Shown one piece after another: positions 36,656 through 48,426 of a stretch of DNA of 64,000 nt. The translations under genes were made by a program, and so were the position numbers. Every line of letters starts with the position of its first letter. Position 1 is the first letter of the stretch. The stretch spans positions 372,001 to 436,000 of the forward strand of contig JAUPSS010000011.1 in NCBI GenBank assembly GCA_040285825.1. Direction: 5' to 3'. Below the pieces are notes generated by a model. It was not told the origin of the DNA. It searched no databases and worked only from the letters and a program-made list of their open reading frames with translations. This stretch comes from Eukaryota sp. TZLM1-RC (lineage: Eukaryota > Protista > Metamonada: BaSk clade).

Positions 36656-36979
36656 TCTGGTGGTGGTACATCACGTCAAAAAGTGAAAACACCACGTAAG
36701 GTGTTTCTCAAGTTGTTACAATGTTCATTTCCTAATGTGAAGATCGGAGATGAATATATGACATCTGCAAAGGTGAACTGCTGCAAGATGCTACGCCAAA
36801 AGATCTATCGAGAAGTTGATGGTGAAGTTGAAGTTCACAACGCCTATTTCAGTTGTCCAGAATGTAATCAAGTATGGTCTAGAGACATTTCTGCATCACT
36901 AAATCGGCTAGAAATTTCAATTAGTGAGCACTACTATGGAACAAGACCAGAAGAGCTCCAGATACCACAAAGACACTAG
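36655..36979 (+). pseudogene. Fanzor C-terminal fragment
   Basis: IGDEYMTSAKVNCC...CPECNQVWSRDISASLN...GTRPEEL. Confidence 0.82.
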
Positions 36980-37147
36980 CTTCAAAGCTACGTATTGTTC
37001 TAGAGGAGAAATGGGCTCACTGAGATGGGTGGCCAATTATTCGAGGATTCTAGAACGTCTGTGGACGATCTCACCAAGGATGAAAGTTCTTGGAATAAGT
37101 TTGAATGATGCTTGACGAAAGTATGCATTTCAAATGAAAACCACAGA
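36977..37147 (+). ncRNA. Structured RNA, candidate Fanzor omegaRNA scaffold
   Basis: Starts at the Fanzor stop; stem 36997-37004/37049-56; stem 37058-64/37141-47 enclosing two GAAA-tetraloop hairpins (37074-93, 37100-34). Confidence 0.7.
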
Positions 37148-37214
37148 CCAGACTATTTCGGTTCAATCACTTCACGTTTAAGGGGAAGTTATTCTTGAGG
37201 AAATATCTGTCACA

Positions 37215-38977
37215 ATGGGGGAATCCAACAACAAGGTTGAGCATCTACCACTATTTAAGGGTGTGTCCTTCTCCTCTTTACCACAGACACATCATCGACT
37301 GATCACCTCAACCTTTTCCTCCGAAAAATATCTTTATGCTCTACCATCTTTGAAGAACAGACCGGTCACTATGCTGCCCAGGGTGTCCGAGAAAAACATC
37401 GTGCCTTTTCTGACATGATTAACTTTTTGAATGACTCTCGCTCGAGTGCTTACATCTCCCAAGTCATGTCTTACTTCATCAAAATGATCTCCACTAATCT
37501 CTTTCGTACTCTACGAACCTCACAGTCTGTGGATACTGATCCTTTTCAAGACGTGCCCACCAGTGATATGAACTGGAAAACTCGCCAATACCTCTACGAA
37601 CTCCTCCTTCGTTTCGTTCTTCTTCCCGACTTGGATGTGAAGTTTGCAAAAAAATACTTGAACTCATTCTTTGTTGCCAACTTTCTTTTGCTTTTGGACG
37701 TTGATGACATCAGAGAACGTGACTACCTCAAGACCATTCTTCATAGAATTTATGCGCGTTTTATGGGTCACAGGACTTTTATCAGGAAGTCTATTATGCA
37801 TATTTTCCACGAATTCCTTTACCAAAAAGACCGTAAAGGCGGTAAGTATAGAGGAATTTCTGAACTACTGGAAATCTTAGGCTCAATTATCAATGGTTTT
37901 GCTCTTCCTTTGAAATCTGACCACTTGTTCATGCTTTCTCATGTCTTGCTTCCAATGTACAAGTCGTTTCATTTAAATCTTTATCATCATTCTTTAACCT
38001 ACTGCATTATCCAATATGTCGAGAAGGATCCCAATCTGACAGTGAAAGTTGTTCGTAAGCTTCTTAGATGGTGGCCAAAGTTATCCGGGTCCAAACAGAT
38101 TTTGTTTATTGCCACTATTGAAGATATCTTACCTACGCTACCTGTTAGAGATCGGTCAACATGTGTCCCTCAATTGCTTAAAAGGATTGTAGAGGGAGTG
38201 CGGTCATATCACTTTCAAGTTGCCGAAAAGTCGTTATTGTTCCTTGGCTCCCATCATTCAGTCTCCCTTGTCACTGAGCAGTCTTATGACGTTGTCTGTG
38301 CAGTGTTTGATGCTCTCTACTGGTCATCTATGCACCATTGGAACCCCACAATAACATCTTTGGCGACTGATACGCTTCGTCTGTATATGGAGTTGGATCC
38401 TAAAACTTTTGGTGACGGAGCTGCCCATTACAAGAAGAGGAGAAATTTTGAAGCAAAAAGAAGGAAAAAACATGAACAAAATTGGAAATTTATTGAGGAG
38501 TCAGCAAATAATCCAATCAATAATAACGACGATGAACAAGTGTCTAGTTCTGAGAGTGACGTCACTCATGCAGTTTCCAATCAGGAAAATGTCAAGAACT
38601 CACTTAAATGGACAGGTTCGGTCTCAAAGCTTGAGACGTTCAAATCCAAGGCTAGTCCTTTGCTCATCATTCCAGTAGATGATGAAAGTAGAGCTGACGT
38701 GAAGAAAGAAAGGGGGTTTAATGATGTTCCTTCTGATACTAAATCACCCAGTAATGATTCAGAGGCGTCACCAATCAGTGAGTCTAGCTCAAGTGGTTCT
38801 GAAATGGTTTATTATCTCTCGGTAATGAGGTCAAAAAGGTCACGTCATCGTAGTAGAAGTCAATCCGGGTCAAGGAAAAAAGGAAGCAAAGGGAAGCTGA
38901 ATAGGCATCGTTCCATGGAAGACTTGATTTCGTTTATTGAGAGTCAGCCAGAAGAATTGGAAGTTCCTACCCCATGA
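37215..38977 (+). CDS. PPP2R5: PP2A regulatory subunit B56 (B'), 2 exons
   Basis: LPLFK|D after removing the 26-nt intron 37261-37286; RERDYLKTILHRIY, ELLEILGSIINGFALPLK, HFQVAEK, HWN. Confidence 0.95.
37261..37286 (+). other. 26-nt spliceosomal intron (B56)
   Basis: GTGTGT...CTTTACCACAG; removal restores LPLFKD...LFLRKISLC. Confidence 0.88.
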
Positions 38978-39426
38978 TTTGTGTTGGGGGGGGGGGGAAG
39001 GGTGCTTGGTTTGTTGCAAAATATTGTTTAGCTTTTTGCATTGTAAATATTTTTCATTTTGGTGTTTATCTGAAATCAACCACCCTAATTAAACAACCAT
39101 TACCAAAAGAAAAAGAACGCAAAAGAAAACTTAATTGTTTAGTTAAAGTCAGGGTTTCTAAAATGCAAGAAAAGAATGTGATATCTGCGAACCCATCATT
39201 GAAGAAGTCAATCTTTGTCGACTGGCATTACTCTGCCTCTTGTTGAAATGAAAGCTTCTCGCTTCACTAGAAAGGAACATGAACAGTCAAAGCAGCAAAA
39301 GCCTTCTAAAAGAAAGCAGACTCCAGATTGGCAACGTCCAGAAATTCGAAATGATGACCCCAAAGAGTAAATAATCATGTCAAAACAGCAAAAATAAACA
39401 CTTTATTTACATTATTTACAACTAAA

Positions 39427-41028
39427 TCAAAAGAAATCGCCTAAATGTACATCATTTAACAACAAGACAAGCTTCTGGAACAACAACTGAACAACTACGG
39501 GAAATGCCTTTGCTAGATCACTCCCCAATACCAAATCAACTACATCAAAAGATATTAAAGCTAGAGAAATGACTCCTACAATAGGAAAGAGAAAACCAGA
39601 TATGAATGGAGTTAACGGACGTAGAGCATTGATCCCAATCATATTGACCAAACTCATGATGGTATTTAAAGTCAAAACTGGAATTTGATTACCACTAAAC
39701 TTTAAAGCGATTGCCAGACTGTCTGTAATGCATCTGACTGCAGTGGAGGAATAGCCTTTGAGAGAAAGTCTTTCGTTGAGCAGTGATAAAGCGTCATCAT
39801 CAACGAAAGACTCAATCTCATTAACCAATTCTTTACTAAACTTTGCTCGTTGATATTTGCAGAGTCGTTCAAGTAATTCATTCTCAATGGCCAAAAGATC
39901 CGTACTATCAGGATCTAAGGAAGCAGCATCTGAATCGTCAGAAGAATTCTGACACTGCCCAAACAGAAGCACTACACAACGTTGTATAGTCTTATAATAA
40001 TTGGGGGTTCCAGTGAAGGGAATGTATTCGTGTGATTCTCGGGTAAGTGACCGCAACCGACTGCAAATCTCGACAGAGAGTTTCCCTTCCTTTTCCATAC
40101 CCATTGCTTCACTTAACCCCAACCCTAGAGCATCAGCAGAAGAGACACGTTGAAAAGGAGTCATTGAGGAAAGCAGTAGATATGGAATTTTAAAATGAGA
40201 AACTTCAGCTAATTGTTGAGGTTCAATGTTGGAATTGATTCTATTCATCAGAATCATTCTTGTCTTTGCAAATTTCCCGGCACTATTGAAATCTAAATCA
40301 TACAAATCTATTCTCCTCAACTCCTCCATACCATCTCTAACACTCTCCCATGATCTTTGCTCGCTACAAGCGAGACAGTTGCCTTTGAACATCCTCAAGC
40401 CCGTGCTCTTTGCTGTTCCTACATCACACGACTTACACCTAGTCGCCAAGGTTCTACAATCTTGACAACGGAGTGAAGATTCCGTAAGACATGTGAATGT
40501 AGATCGAGAATAACATGATGAACAAAACAACTCGACGGTGGGGAGAGAATCGTTCCAAGAAGCAATGGTTTCAGAGCACACTAGACATTGATTCTTTAAC
40601 AAAGTATTCTTCTTGGCCATTGAATTGCATCCTTGGGAAGTGCATAGAATGGTCTGTTGTTGACAGGTGGGATTTGAGCAAAGGAAAATGAGAACTTGGA
40701 GGGCTGAGATTCGATAGAAATGGTGCTCAGAGAGTTCCAGACAGTGTGAACAATATGCTATGCGACTTAATGAATCATGAACATCTTCGGGGTTCTCGAA
40801 GCTTTGTATGAGTCGTTTGTGTTTTAAACAGAGCTCATCATCGTGAGAGGGGTAGCCTCTAGTCATGTTTCTGCAATACAGTAGCCTACAGGGTATTGTG
40901 CGTTGCTGACACTGATCACAGACATAACAAGGTCGACGAATGACATTGAATTCGGTTCTGTAATGGCGGGTATGTTTGAAGCACCATGAACAATGACCTT
41001 GACGTGTTTGTTTTGGGATTCGGAGCAT
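39427..41028 (-). CDS. Protein with three tandem Cys/His zinc-ribbon repeats and a helical/hydrophobic C-terminal domain (YaaW/UPF0174-like)
   Basis: Repeat CSxC...CxxC...TxxC..C...CLxC/H three times; C-terminal hydrophobic helices; family assignment tentative. Confidence 0.7.
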   Translation of the reverse strand: MLRIPKQTRQGHCSWCFKHTRHYRTEFNVIRRPCYVCDQCQQRTIPCRLLYCRNMTRGYPSHDDELCLKHKRLIQSFENPEDVHDSLSRIAYCSHCLELSEHHFYRISALQVLIFLCSNPTCQQQTILCTSQGCNSMAKKNTLLKNQCLVCSETIASWNDSLPTVELFCSSCYSRSTFTCLTESSLRCQDCRTLATRCKSCDVGTAKSTGLRMFKGNCLACSEQRSWESVRDGMEELRRIDLYDLDFNSAGKFAKTRMILMNRINSNIEPQQLAEVSHFKIPYLLLSSMTPFQRVSSADALGLGLSEAMGMEKEGKLSVEICSRLRSLTRESHEYIPFTGTPNYYKTIQRCVVLLFGQCQNSSDDSDAASLDPDSTDLLAIENELLERLCKYQRAKFSKELVNEIESFVDDDALSLLNERLSLKGYSSTAVRCITDSLAIALKFSGNQIPVLTLNTIMSLVNMIGINALRPLTPFISGFLFPIVGVISLALISFDVVDLVLGSDLAKAFPVVVQLLFQKLVLLLNDVHLGDFF

Positions 41029-41084
41029 TGTGGTTGCTTATTCTTAGAAAACAGTGGTGTACAAAGAAATAAATAAATCAAATT

Positions 41085-41560
41085 GCTAATAGTGTAGCGA
41101 TATTAATTTGTGGAATTCACGTCGAGGTGATTTAATTGCTCCTTTTGTGGATACCTCTCAAGTTGTTGTTGATTTTACTACAGTTCATCCCTTTGCTTTT
41201 TTCGTGATGATGTTTTAGTTAGTTCTAATGGTCACTTGAACAAAGCTGAGGTCGTAAACGAGACAAATATGCTGCGTTATTAAATGATTTAAATAAGAAC
41301 CTTTACTCGAAGCTTTCGTTTGTTCCTTTTGCCTTCTCAAATTTTTGGCAACATTGGTTAGTCTGCCTGGAATGTTCTCAATGATTTTGATAATTTATGT
41401 CGTTCAAGTGGTAAGAATTTTACAGGGAATTTATGGAAGAAGCTTTCCATTTTTGCTTTGTATAGAAGTGTTCCCAAGTACTTAAATTTAATGATGTCCA
41501 CGCTGTATAAGGATTCATCAAGAGTTGGCGTTGAGAATTTTGTTTCTTTTGTGTTTTAAA
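41085..41560 (+). mobile_element. RLE retrotransposon 3' fragment
   Basis: RGDL...VVVDFTTVHP, FVPFAFS motifs; 3' end shared with 23000-23190. Confidence 0.7.
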
Positions 41561-41972
41561 TTGTTGTTTGCTTCTTCGTAGAAAATTAATTAACTATGAT
41601 CACAAATCAAATTGTTAATTGTGTCATTGAGACGTGTTTGAAAAAAACATTAAAAACACTAAAATGACTTGGATCAAGTCAGTTGACTAGACTTGTGGGT
41701 ATTCTCCACTACCAATACAAACATTTGCCATTTTTTGACCTAAAATACATCAGATAGACTTTATTATTAATTTCCTCAATTCAAAGTGTGAAGAATGTAT
41801 CCTTTCTTTCTCACTTAACCTATGAGTAAGCATTAAACCAAACACAATTCCAAGGAAACATTGATTGAAAAACTGTCCAAGAATATACATTGAATTTTAC
41901 AAGACTATACACCAAAAAAACCTTATTAAAACTAAACTACTATAGTATACACAAAACACAAAACAACACCCT

Positions 41973-42837
41973 CTACTTACCATACTTTAGCAATTGCGCT
42001 TTAAGTCTTGCATTCTCGCTTTGAAGATCGTAAAGGCGCTCAGCATAAATATGAGACTCTGTACATTCCAATTCCCTTTTATGTTCAGCTTCCATGTACT
42101 TAATCTTGCCTTCCAGTTCAAATACCTTATTTTTAGCCTTGACCAGCTGAACGTCAAGCTTTTCGCATTCCTGGGTCTTATTTGCCAATTGCTTCCTTAA
42201 ATCTATAATCTGAGAATTCAGCTCCTGTTTCTCCTGGGCTAAGAGAATATCGGCATTACGAAGGCGTTGTTCATAACTTCTTTGCAATTTGGATATACAG
42301 GCATCAGCTTCCAGTGGCGTCATGGTTACAAGTTCCTCACGGAGACGTTTCTCAGCGGGACCATCAGAGTTCTTGTGTCGCCGTTTTTGCGAACGCTCCA
42401 TTAGCTTCCTTTTCCGAGTGCAGAGCAGGCACAGTAGCTGTTCGTCAGGAGTGTCTGGAGAGCGCCTGAATGCAGAGACAGTAGAACACTCAGCACATGG
42501 AAAGGGGTGTCCATACTTTGATTGTTGGTACTCACAATAGAAGCAAATCTCGGATTGAAACACTGACTTACATCCACAATAGCAGCAGGCATGTGGTTTA
42601 CATTGAAAAAGAAGCTGGTTTTCACGGCAGCGGAAACAAAGAGTACTGTCTTTAATGGCAGCCTCACTCTCGGTTTCATGGAAATCAATATGACAGTAAT
42701 CACAGAAAACCCTACGGAGTTTTTTTAAACATTCAAGACAAAGTTGTTCGTCTTTTGAGATCGTCCTGTTGGTGAAAACAGGTTGGAGAAACATACCGGT
42801 CAACCTGTCCAGAAGAACAGTTTCGGCACAAGTACAT
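41973..42837 (-). CDS. FAM76: FAM76-family Cys-rich/coiled-coil protein, 2 exons
   Basis: MYLCRNC...|..QLCLEC..CDYC..KYGHPFPCAEC..AF..LLCLLCT then coiled coil; 31-nt intron 42766-42796. Confidence 0.85.
42766..42796 (-). other. 31-nt spliceosomal intron (FAM76)
   Basis: GTATGT...TTCACCAACAG; removal restores the first CxxC pair. Confidence 0.8.
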
Positions 42838-43107
42838 GATGGAAAAGACAAGTAAGTAAGTTTGGAGATTGAGTTGGTGTGGGAATTTCTATTTTCAAAA
42901 AAATTCATTTCTCTTTTTCTAAAATTCTCAAATGGATGAGATAAAGGTTTAGGTGGCCAGGCCTTTACCGGTATGCCTACAGAGATAAAATGTGTATGAA
43001 TAATCAAAAAAAGGTATCAAAAGAGGAAATCTTCCACTTTCAAAAGAGCCATTCCCTCTACATTGGTACTAAGAACACTCATTGCATTGTTATAAACATC
43101 TGTAAGA

Positions 43108-44252
43108 ATGGAAGATGAATCAAAACTACCACAGTTACCTCTTCTAGGAAGACGGCACAGTGAAGTTTGGGGGGAACCTGCTGGAATTGATTTCACCGAA
43201 ACTTTATCTCCTGAACGTCCAGAAGATGAAGGTGTTTCAATAGACTGCATTGACTACTCAAAGCATCGGTTCGAGTATTTTCGTATTAATAACTTGGATC
43301 ATTTTCTGGACCAACAACCTCCCAATTGGGTTGGTACGAGATGGATAAACATTACCGGACTCTCAGGAAAGGTTCTATCAGCAATAGCTCGTCATTTGGA
43401 GTTCCATCCCGTTTGGTTTTCTTTCAAACCTAATCTCAGCTAACAATAGAAGACATAATGGACACAGACACCAGGCCCAAAGTTGATCACTATGAACATT
43501 ATCTTTACATTTCAATGTGTTTGCAATCATTGGATGAATCACAACAAATAGCATTTCTCGTGAAAGAAAATCTTCTTATAACCATAATAGAAAAAAACCC
43601 ACAGATCTTTTCCCCAATCAGAAGGCGATTGAGATATGGACGGAGCAAAGAAAGATTTGAAGACATAAGTTTCTTGCTATATTCACTCATTGATGTCGTA
43701 GTAGACAAGACATTTAGCCTTGTGAATAGTATACTAGATGACTTGGAAATGCTGGAAAACATAAGTGCACATGAACCAACCATTTCCGTCATTGATAGTG
43801 CTAGGAAATTTGGTCAGACAGCATTGGTATTGAAGAGAACTCTTTGGTCAAGTAAAGAGGTTGTCAGTTTTCTCCAAGGAAGACATTCAATTGCTAGTGA
43901 AACTGCAAAGATATATCTAGCTGATGTTATGGATCATATACTACTGCTCGAAAACCAATGGTTTGTCTAAAGCCCTGTCAATAATCGAAGCGAGGACATA
44001 ATACAACTGGCGGCAGGAGTTTCTGAGAAGACGTTCTCATATCTCAACTTGAGACAGAATGATGTTCAAAAAGTTCTCTCAATTGTTGCTACAATATTCC
44101 TCCCATTAACGTTTGTTTCTTCCGTTTATGGGATGAATGTCCGCGTTTTACCATTGGCGTCTGATGAAGATGCTATCTGGTTTTTTCTTGCCTTTTGTGT
44201 TATCATTGTTGGATTTTCCCTTTTATTATTTAAGAAAAGGGGATGGATCTAG
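43108..44252 (+). CDS. corA: CorA-family Mg2+/Co2+ transporter, 3 exons
   Basis: WINITG, FHP|LTIEDI, RPKVDHY, TIFLPLTF...YGMN; introns 43411-43439 and 43961-43990. Confidence 0.93.
43411..43439 (+). other. 29-nt spliceosomal intron (CorA)
   Basis: GTTTGG...CCTAATCTCAG; removal restores HPLTIED. Confidence 0.92.
43961..43990 (+). other. 30-nt spliceosomal intron (CorA)
   Basis: GTTTGT...ATAATCGAAG; removes an in-frame TAA and joins the GMN exon. Confidence 0.85.
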
Positions 44253-44429
44253 CAGTAGGAATCTAATCAGTTACAAGATTTCTGTGTCCAAATTGTTATT
44301 AAATTTTTGTTAAAGAATCTGTTGTCCAATTATTTTGCATGGTTTTCCAAATTCGTGGACTGTTGATTGTTCTATTTGTTCAAAAAGGAACTTTGTTCTG
44401 TTAAAGCTCTTGAATATACTACGAGTGAA

Positions 44430-44785
44430 AAAATAGAAAAAATGACAAAGATATCGATGGAGCTAATGCTGATAGAAATAGACCACTTGTTTTTATTGAT
44501 TTCCCATTTTCTATAAAAAGACGACTATCAGTAGAAGCAGGAACTTTTTTGAATGATTTCTAAAAAATGGTTCAAGAAAAAACAATGAATGGAATTTTTT
44601 TGTTGCGGTCGCGAATTCAATTTGCTATAATTATTATTAATAGATTACATAGGTTCTGTTATCCAATAAGAGAAGCAATGGCGAGAAAACAAGCAGATCA
44701 GCATTTTACAGAGGAAATTATGGTTCTTTGAATTTAGTCCCATTAGTTCTGATTTAATTTTATTAAGTGTTGTAGTTCACTAAAA
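44430..44785 (+). mobile_element. RLE retrotransposon family A 3' end
   Basis: Matches 1270-1630. Confidence 0.8.
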
Positions 44786-44819
44786 AGAATAATATAATTG
44801 TTGTAAAAAAATCAATTTA

Positions 44820-45640
44820 TTTTCACAAATGCAACTAGAAATCCATATCTTCAAAACAAGCTTTCACACCATCAAACCTTACAACAGCAATGATTCTGTA
44901 ATGTGCACTGACAGACATCAAAGCTTTCGAAATCATTTTAGGAATTGTTTTGAGAATAGTAAAAACAATACAATTCAATCACAAACGCCGATCAAAACAC
45001 TTATTCATTCTTCATTTACAAGATTTTCAAAATCATCAATAAAATTCACTTCAGTTTTTCCAAGACGTCCACACAAAGGTATAGCAAGTGGTCAAATTTG
45101 ATAATCTACATGACGAACTTGTTTCAACTTTTTCATAAGATTTGCATATTTCTTTTGTTGGAACAATTCTGAATTATCGAGGGGGATACTTCGGATTCTG
45201 CATTTTTCTTATAAACATACACTCTTACAACGTCAAAAACATTCAAGACATAATCAAGTGAGGGCACAACAACATCAGCACGCCGTTTTCCATATTTTGA
45301 ATCTCTTACGTTTTCATTTGTATCAAGAGTCCTCAACAACGGTTCTGCAAACGATTCGATATGAAAGGAGTTACACATTGCATGGATTTAATCTTTGACA
45401 GCGTATTGCACAGTGGAACGATAAGTAATAAATCTGTTGCAATTAAATAAATGCAAATTACAATTCCCAAAATTACATCGCATTCTCATAGCAGTAGTCC
45501 ATTGGTCAACATTTAATGATAACCCATCAATTTGGGGAATGTGCTTCAACAAAACTGTAGATGAACTCTCCTTGAAATCAATCAAAAAATTTGCAAAAGC
45601 AGTCATTTTCTGGCTTAGCGTTATCATTTGTTGAAGTTCA
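44820..45640 (-). mobile_element. RLE retrotransposon family B 3' fragment
   Basis: HLFNC, RRADVVVP...FDVV; near-identical inverted copy of 48427-49322. Confidence 0.85.
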
Positions 45641-45794
45641 TCAACTCTATGTAAATGAATTTCAATAATCTGGTTTGTTTTTGATTTGTAGACGTGATAT
45701 AGATTGGCAGGTTAATGATCTGGTTGGATCAATTAAGAATCCAATTAAATAATGAAGAATCTTTATTTTGAAATTAAATTGAAATCAATATTTA

Positions 45795-48128
45795 TCAACT
45801 AATGTATTCATAAACACTTCTATCATTATCACTTCTCTTCAAGTATTCTTTCTCCATCAAATGGGCAATTCTTCTCTTAATTTGATCAACATCAGGTGGA
45901 AACCGTTCACTCAGCATATTGGCAGTTTGAGAGAGCAATTCGCGGTGGGGAAGTACCTTATTAGTCTTCATTAGACGAACAATAACCGCATCAATTTCAG
46001 AATCTCGTTTTTCACTCAAATCAGATTCAATTCTACTTTTAGTTTTTGCTTCCAATGACCTATATCGTTGAATGACAACCTTAACCGACCTTGATTTGAA
46101 TTTAATGTTCAACGCAAAGACAAAATCAACTGGTATATCAGGGTTGTTTACGTCAACTTTCTGATCTTTTCTTTTAACGACCAATCCTGATCTTAGTAGA
46201 GATATGATACAAGACATTGCTTCATCACGTGGAAGGTTCGTTCCACGGAGAACATCGCCAAAAGTAATTCTATAATTGCTTGCTTGATTGAATTGTAACA
46301 ATACAAGACCTTCAAACGTTGGGCACGTTATGAAGTAGGAATTGCCTCCATGCGGGGTAAATTCCAGATCAATTGTTCCTAGATTTGGTTGAAAAGCCAA
46401 CTTCCTTGCTTGATGTAGTTGGGTATAGAATTGAGAAAACGCCGTTATCGAGTGCTCCATGATACTTGGAAGAGATATTCCCATGGTAAAAAAAGAAAAT
46501 GGCCATTTGCCTGCAGTAATAACAGTAGGAGAAAAGTTGAATGGCAGCGAAATCGTTGCTTGAAATTGGGAAATTGTGGCTTGTGAAGCAGTAATGTCAT
46601 TGATCATTGAGGAAAACGTTTGATAAACTTGCATACCAAACTCATTCTTAAATAAGGAAGTTAAATCTGCCTCGTAATCAATATTAGAACTACCATTCAA
46701 CAATCTTTCTGCTAATAAAGATTTATGGTGGTCTTCAAAAGAGAGTTTGTCGCTAAGGAAAATGTAAAGATCCAGGCACTTGTTCAGAGCTTTAGTGATT
46801 TCTTCTTCTGTTTGTCTTGAGAAATCGACAGTCATTAACTTGTGGATAGTTTGTGCAAGACTGGCAGGTAATTGAGGAATTTGTCTGCAATTTTCCTTAT
46901 GGATTTTGTTAAAGGAGAGCTGGAAATCTGGATTTTGATTAAAGGCTTTAGCTACCAGATCCTTTGAATGTGCAATCAAATCAAGAATTGATAGAACGAC
47001 TTCTGTTGACTTGGTTTTTGATGACGTGATATGATTGTACCTATCGGTCAGATACAGTTCAAATTTCCCAGTCAGAAACGTAACATTTGAGGAAACTGTC
47101 TTTCCATCTGATTGAATGGTAAGATACTGATCAAACTGATAAGCCATTGAGTAAATAATGTTGAGATCCTGATTCTGTGAATCATTTAGCATGTTAGCAA
47201 AAGAATTGTAATTACCTTCCAAAGAGCTTTCAGCAAAAGAACCATAAAGCTCTGAATAGAGCCCAATCAAAAGAGGAGTCTTGAGGTCATCAATGGACGG
47301 AAAATCTGGTACTTCCCTTTGATCAGGTGAAGCAACATCCCCTTTGAGTGATTGCTGAGGCATAACCTGACTCAAATGGTTAACATAAGCAAAAACAAAA
47401 GAGTGCAAGAGGCTAGACTCCTTGTCAATAAACTTTTTGATCCTCACAAAATACTCCATAAAAGAAAGTTCTCTTAGTGACTCACGTACAGCAGAATAGA
47501 TGGACAGTAAACGGATTTGGAGATCGGAATAGATGAGGGCTTCAAATGTTCCTTTTTGTACTGTTTCCATTTCAGCTAGCAATTGGCATGTAGACCTTAG
47601 AATAGAGGGATCGACAACCAACCCATTCCGCTCATTGTCAATGTGTTCAAGGAGGAGTGTGCAGAGATCGTCCTTGAGGGGCCGAAACACAATGTTGTAA
47701 AACTCCTGACGTACAATGTTGACGACTGTCTGCTGGCCTTGCTCAGCAGTAGATGTCTTTTGATAGTCGAGGGCAGCAAAAGCAGTAACGTATCCAACTT
47801 GAACCTTCTGGAATTCTCTCCACTTCCGGTCAAAAGCATAGAGTTTGTGTTTTCCTTCAAAGTGTTCAAGATCAGAAGAGACAGCAGGAAGGTAGTGATC
47901 CAAGGACTCACGAAGAATGGCTTCAACAAAATCACTGGCATCTTCGAAATCATCATTGATGAATCGATAAACAATGTGAAAGCATTTACGATGAAGATCT
48001 TTGGGGACATGATTTTCAGAGGTTTGAACGGTCTTGATTAAACTATCAATATAGGTGAGAACGTTGGACTGGAGCTCATGCTTCTTCTGTTCAAATTCAT
48101 TGGGATCAATAGTTCTACGTGCTGACAT
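45795..48128 (-). CDS. CUL: Cullin
   Basis: LAERLL, cullin homology region, C-terminal IDAVIVRLMK (neddylation Lys) ...IKRRIAHLMEKEYLKR...YEYI. Confidence 0.95.
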   Translation of the reverse strand: MSARRTIDPNEFEQKKHELQSNVLTYIDSLIKTVQTSENHVPKDLHRKCFHIVYRFINDDFEDASDFVEAILRESLDHYLPAVSSDLEHFEGKHKLYAFDRKWREFQKVQVGYVTAFAALDYQKTSTAEQGQQTVVNIVRQEFYNIVFRPLKDDLCTLLLEHIDNERNGLVVDPSILRSTCQLLAEMETVQKGTFEALIYSDLQIRLLSIYSAVRESLRELSFMEYFVRIKKFIDKESSLLHSFVFAYVNHLSQVMPQQSLKGDVASPDQREVPDFPSIDDLKTPLLIGLYSELYGSFAESSLEGNYNSFANMLNDSQNQDLNIIYSMAYQFDQYLTIQSDGKTVSSNVTFLTGKFELYLTDRYNHITSSKTKSTEVVLSILDLIAHSKDLVAKAFNQNPDFQLSFNKIHKENCRQIPQLPASLAQTIHKLMTVDFSRQTEEEITKALNKCLDLYIFLSDKLSFEDHHKSLLAERLLNGSSNIDYEADLTSLFKNEFGMQVYQTFSSMINDITASQATISQFQATISLPFNFSPTVITAGKWPFSFFTMGISLPSIMEHSITAFSQFYTQLHQARKLAFQPNLGTIDLEFTPHGGNSYFITCPTFEGLVLLQFNQASNYRITFGDVLRGTNLPRDEAMSCIISLLRSGLVVKRKDQKVDVNNPDIPVDFVFALNIKFKSRSVKVVIQRYRSLEAKTKSRIESDLSEKRDSEIDAVIVRLMKTNKVLPHRELLSQTANMLSERFPPDVDQIKRRIAHLMEKEYLKRSDNDRSVYEYIS

Positions 48129-48426
48129 TGGTAAGGAGATTGACTAAAACAATGAAAGGTGTTGAATATTTGACAAGAATTTTGTACAAAACAAAACCTA
48201 GACTCGTACACAATTTTTCTTATATTGGATGAAGCAATTTCGATAATTTTCGAAAATCTGCAATTGATGAAACGATGGGTGTAGACTTAAGCCATGGCAC
48301 CATACAATTTCACTATTTTAATATTTACTTGATTGACCAAGAGGAAAAGGATAATCAATCTTGCAATTTATCAATGTAGATCATATAGTAACTATACCAA
48401 CTTTTGTATCTTTTGTTTCAAATAGT

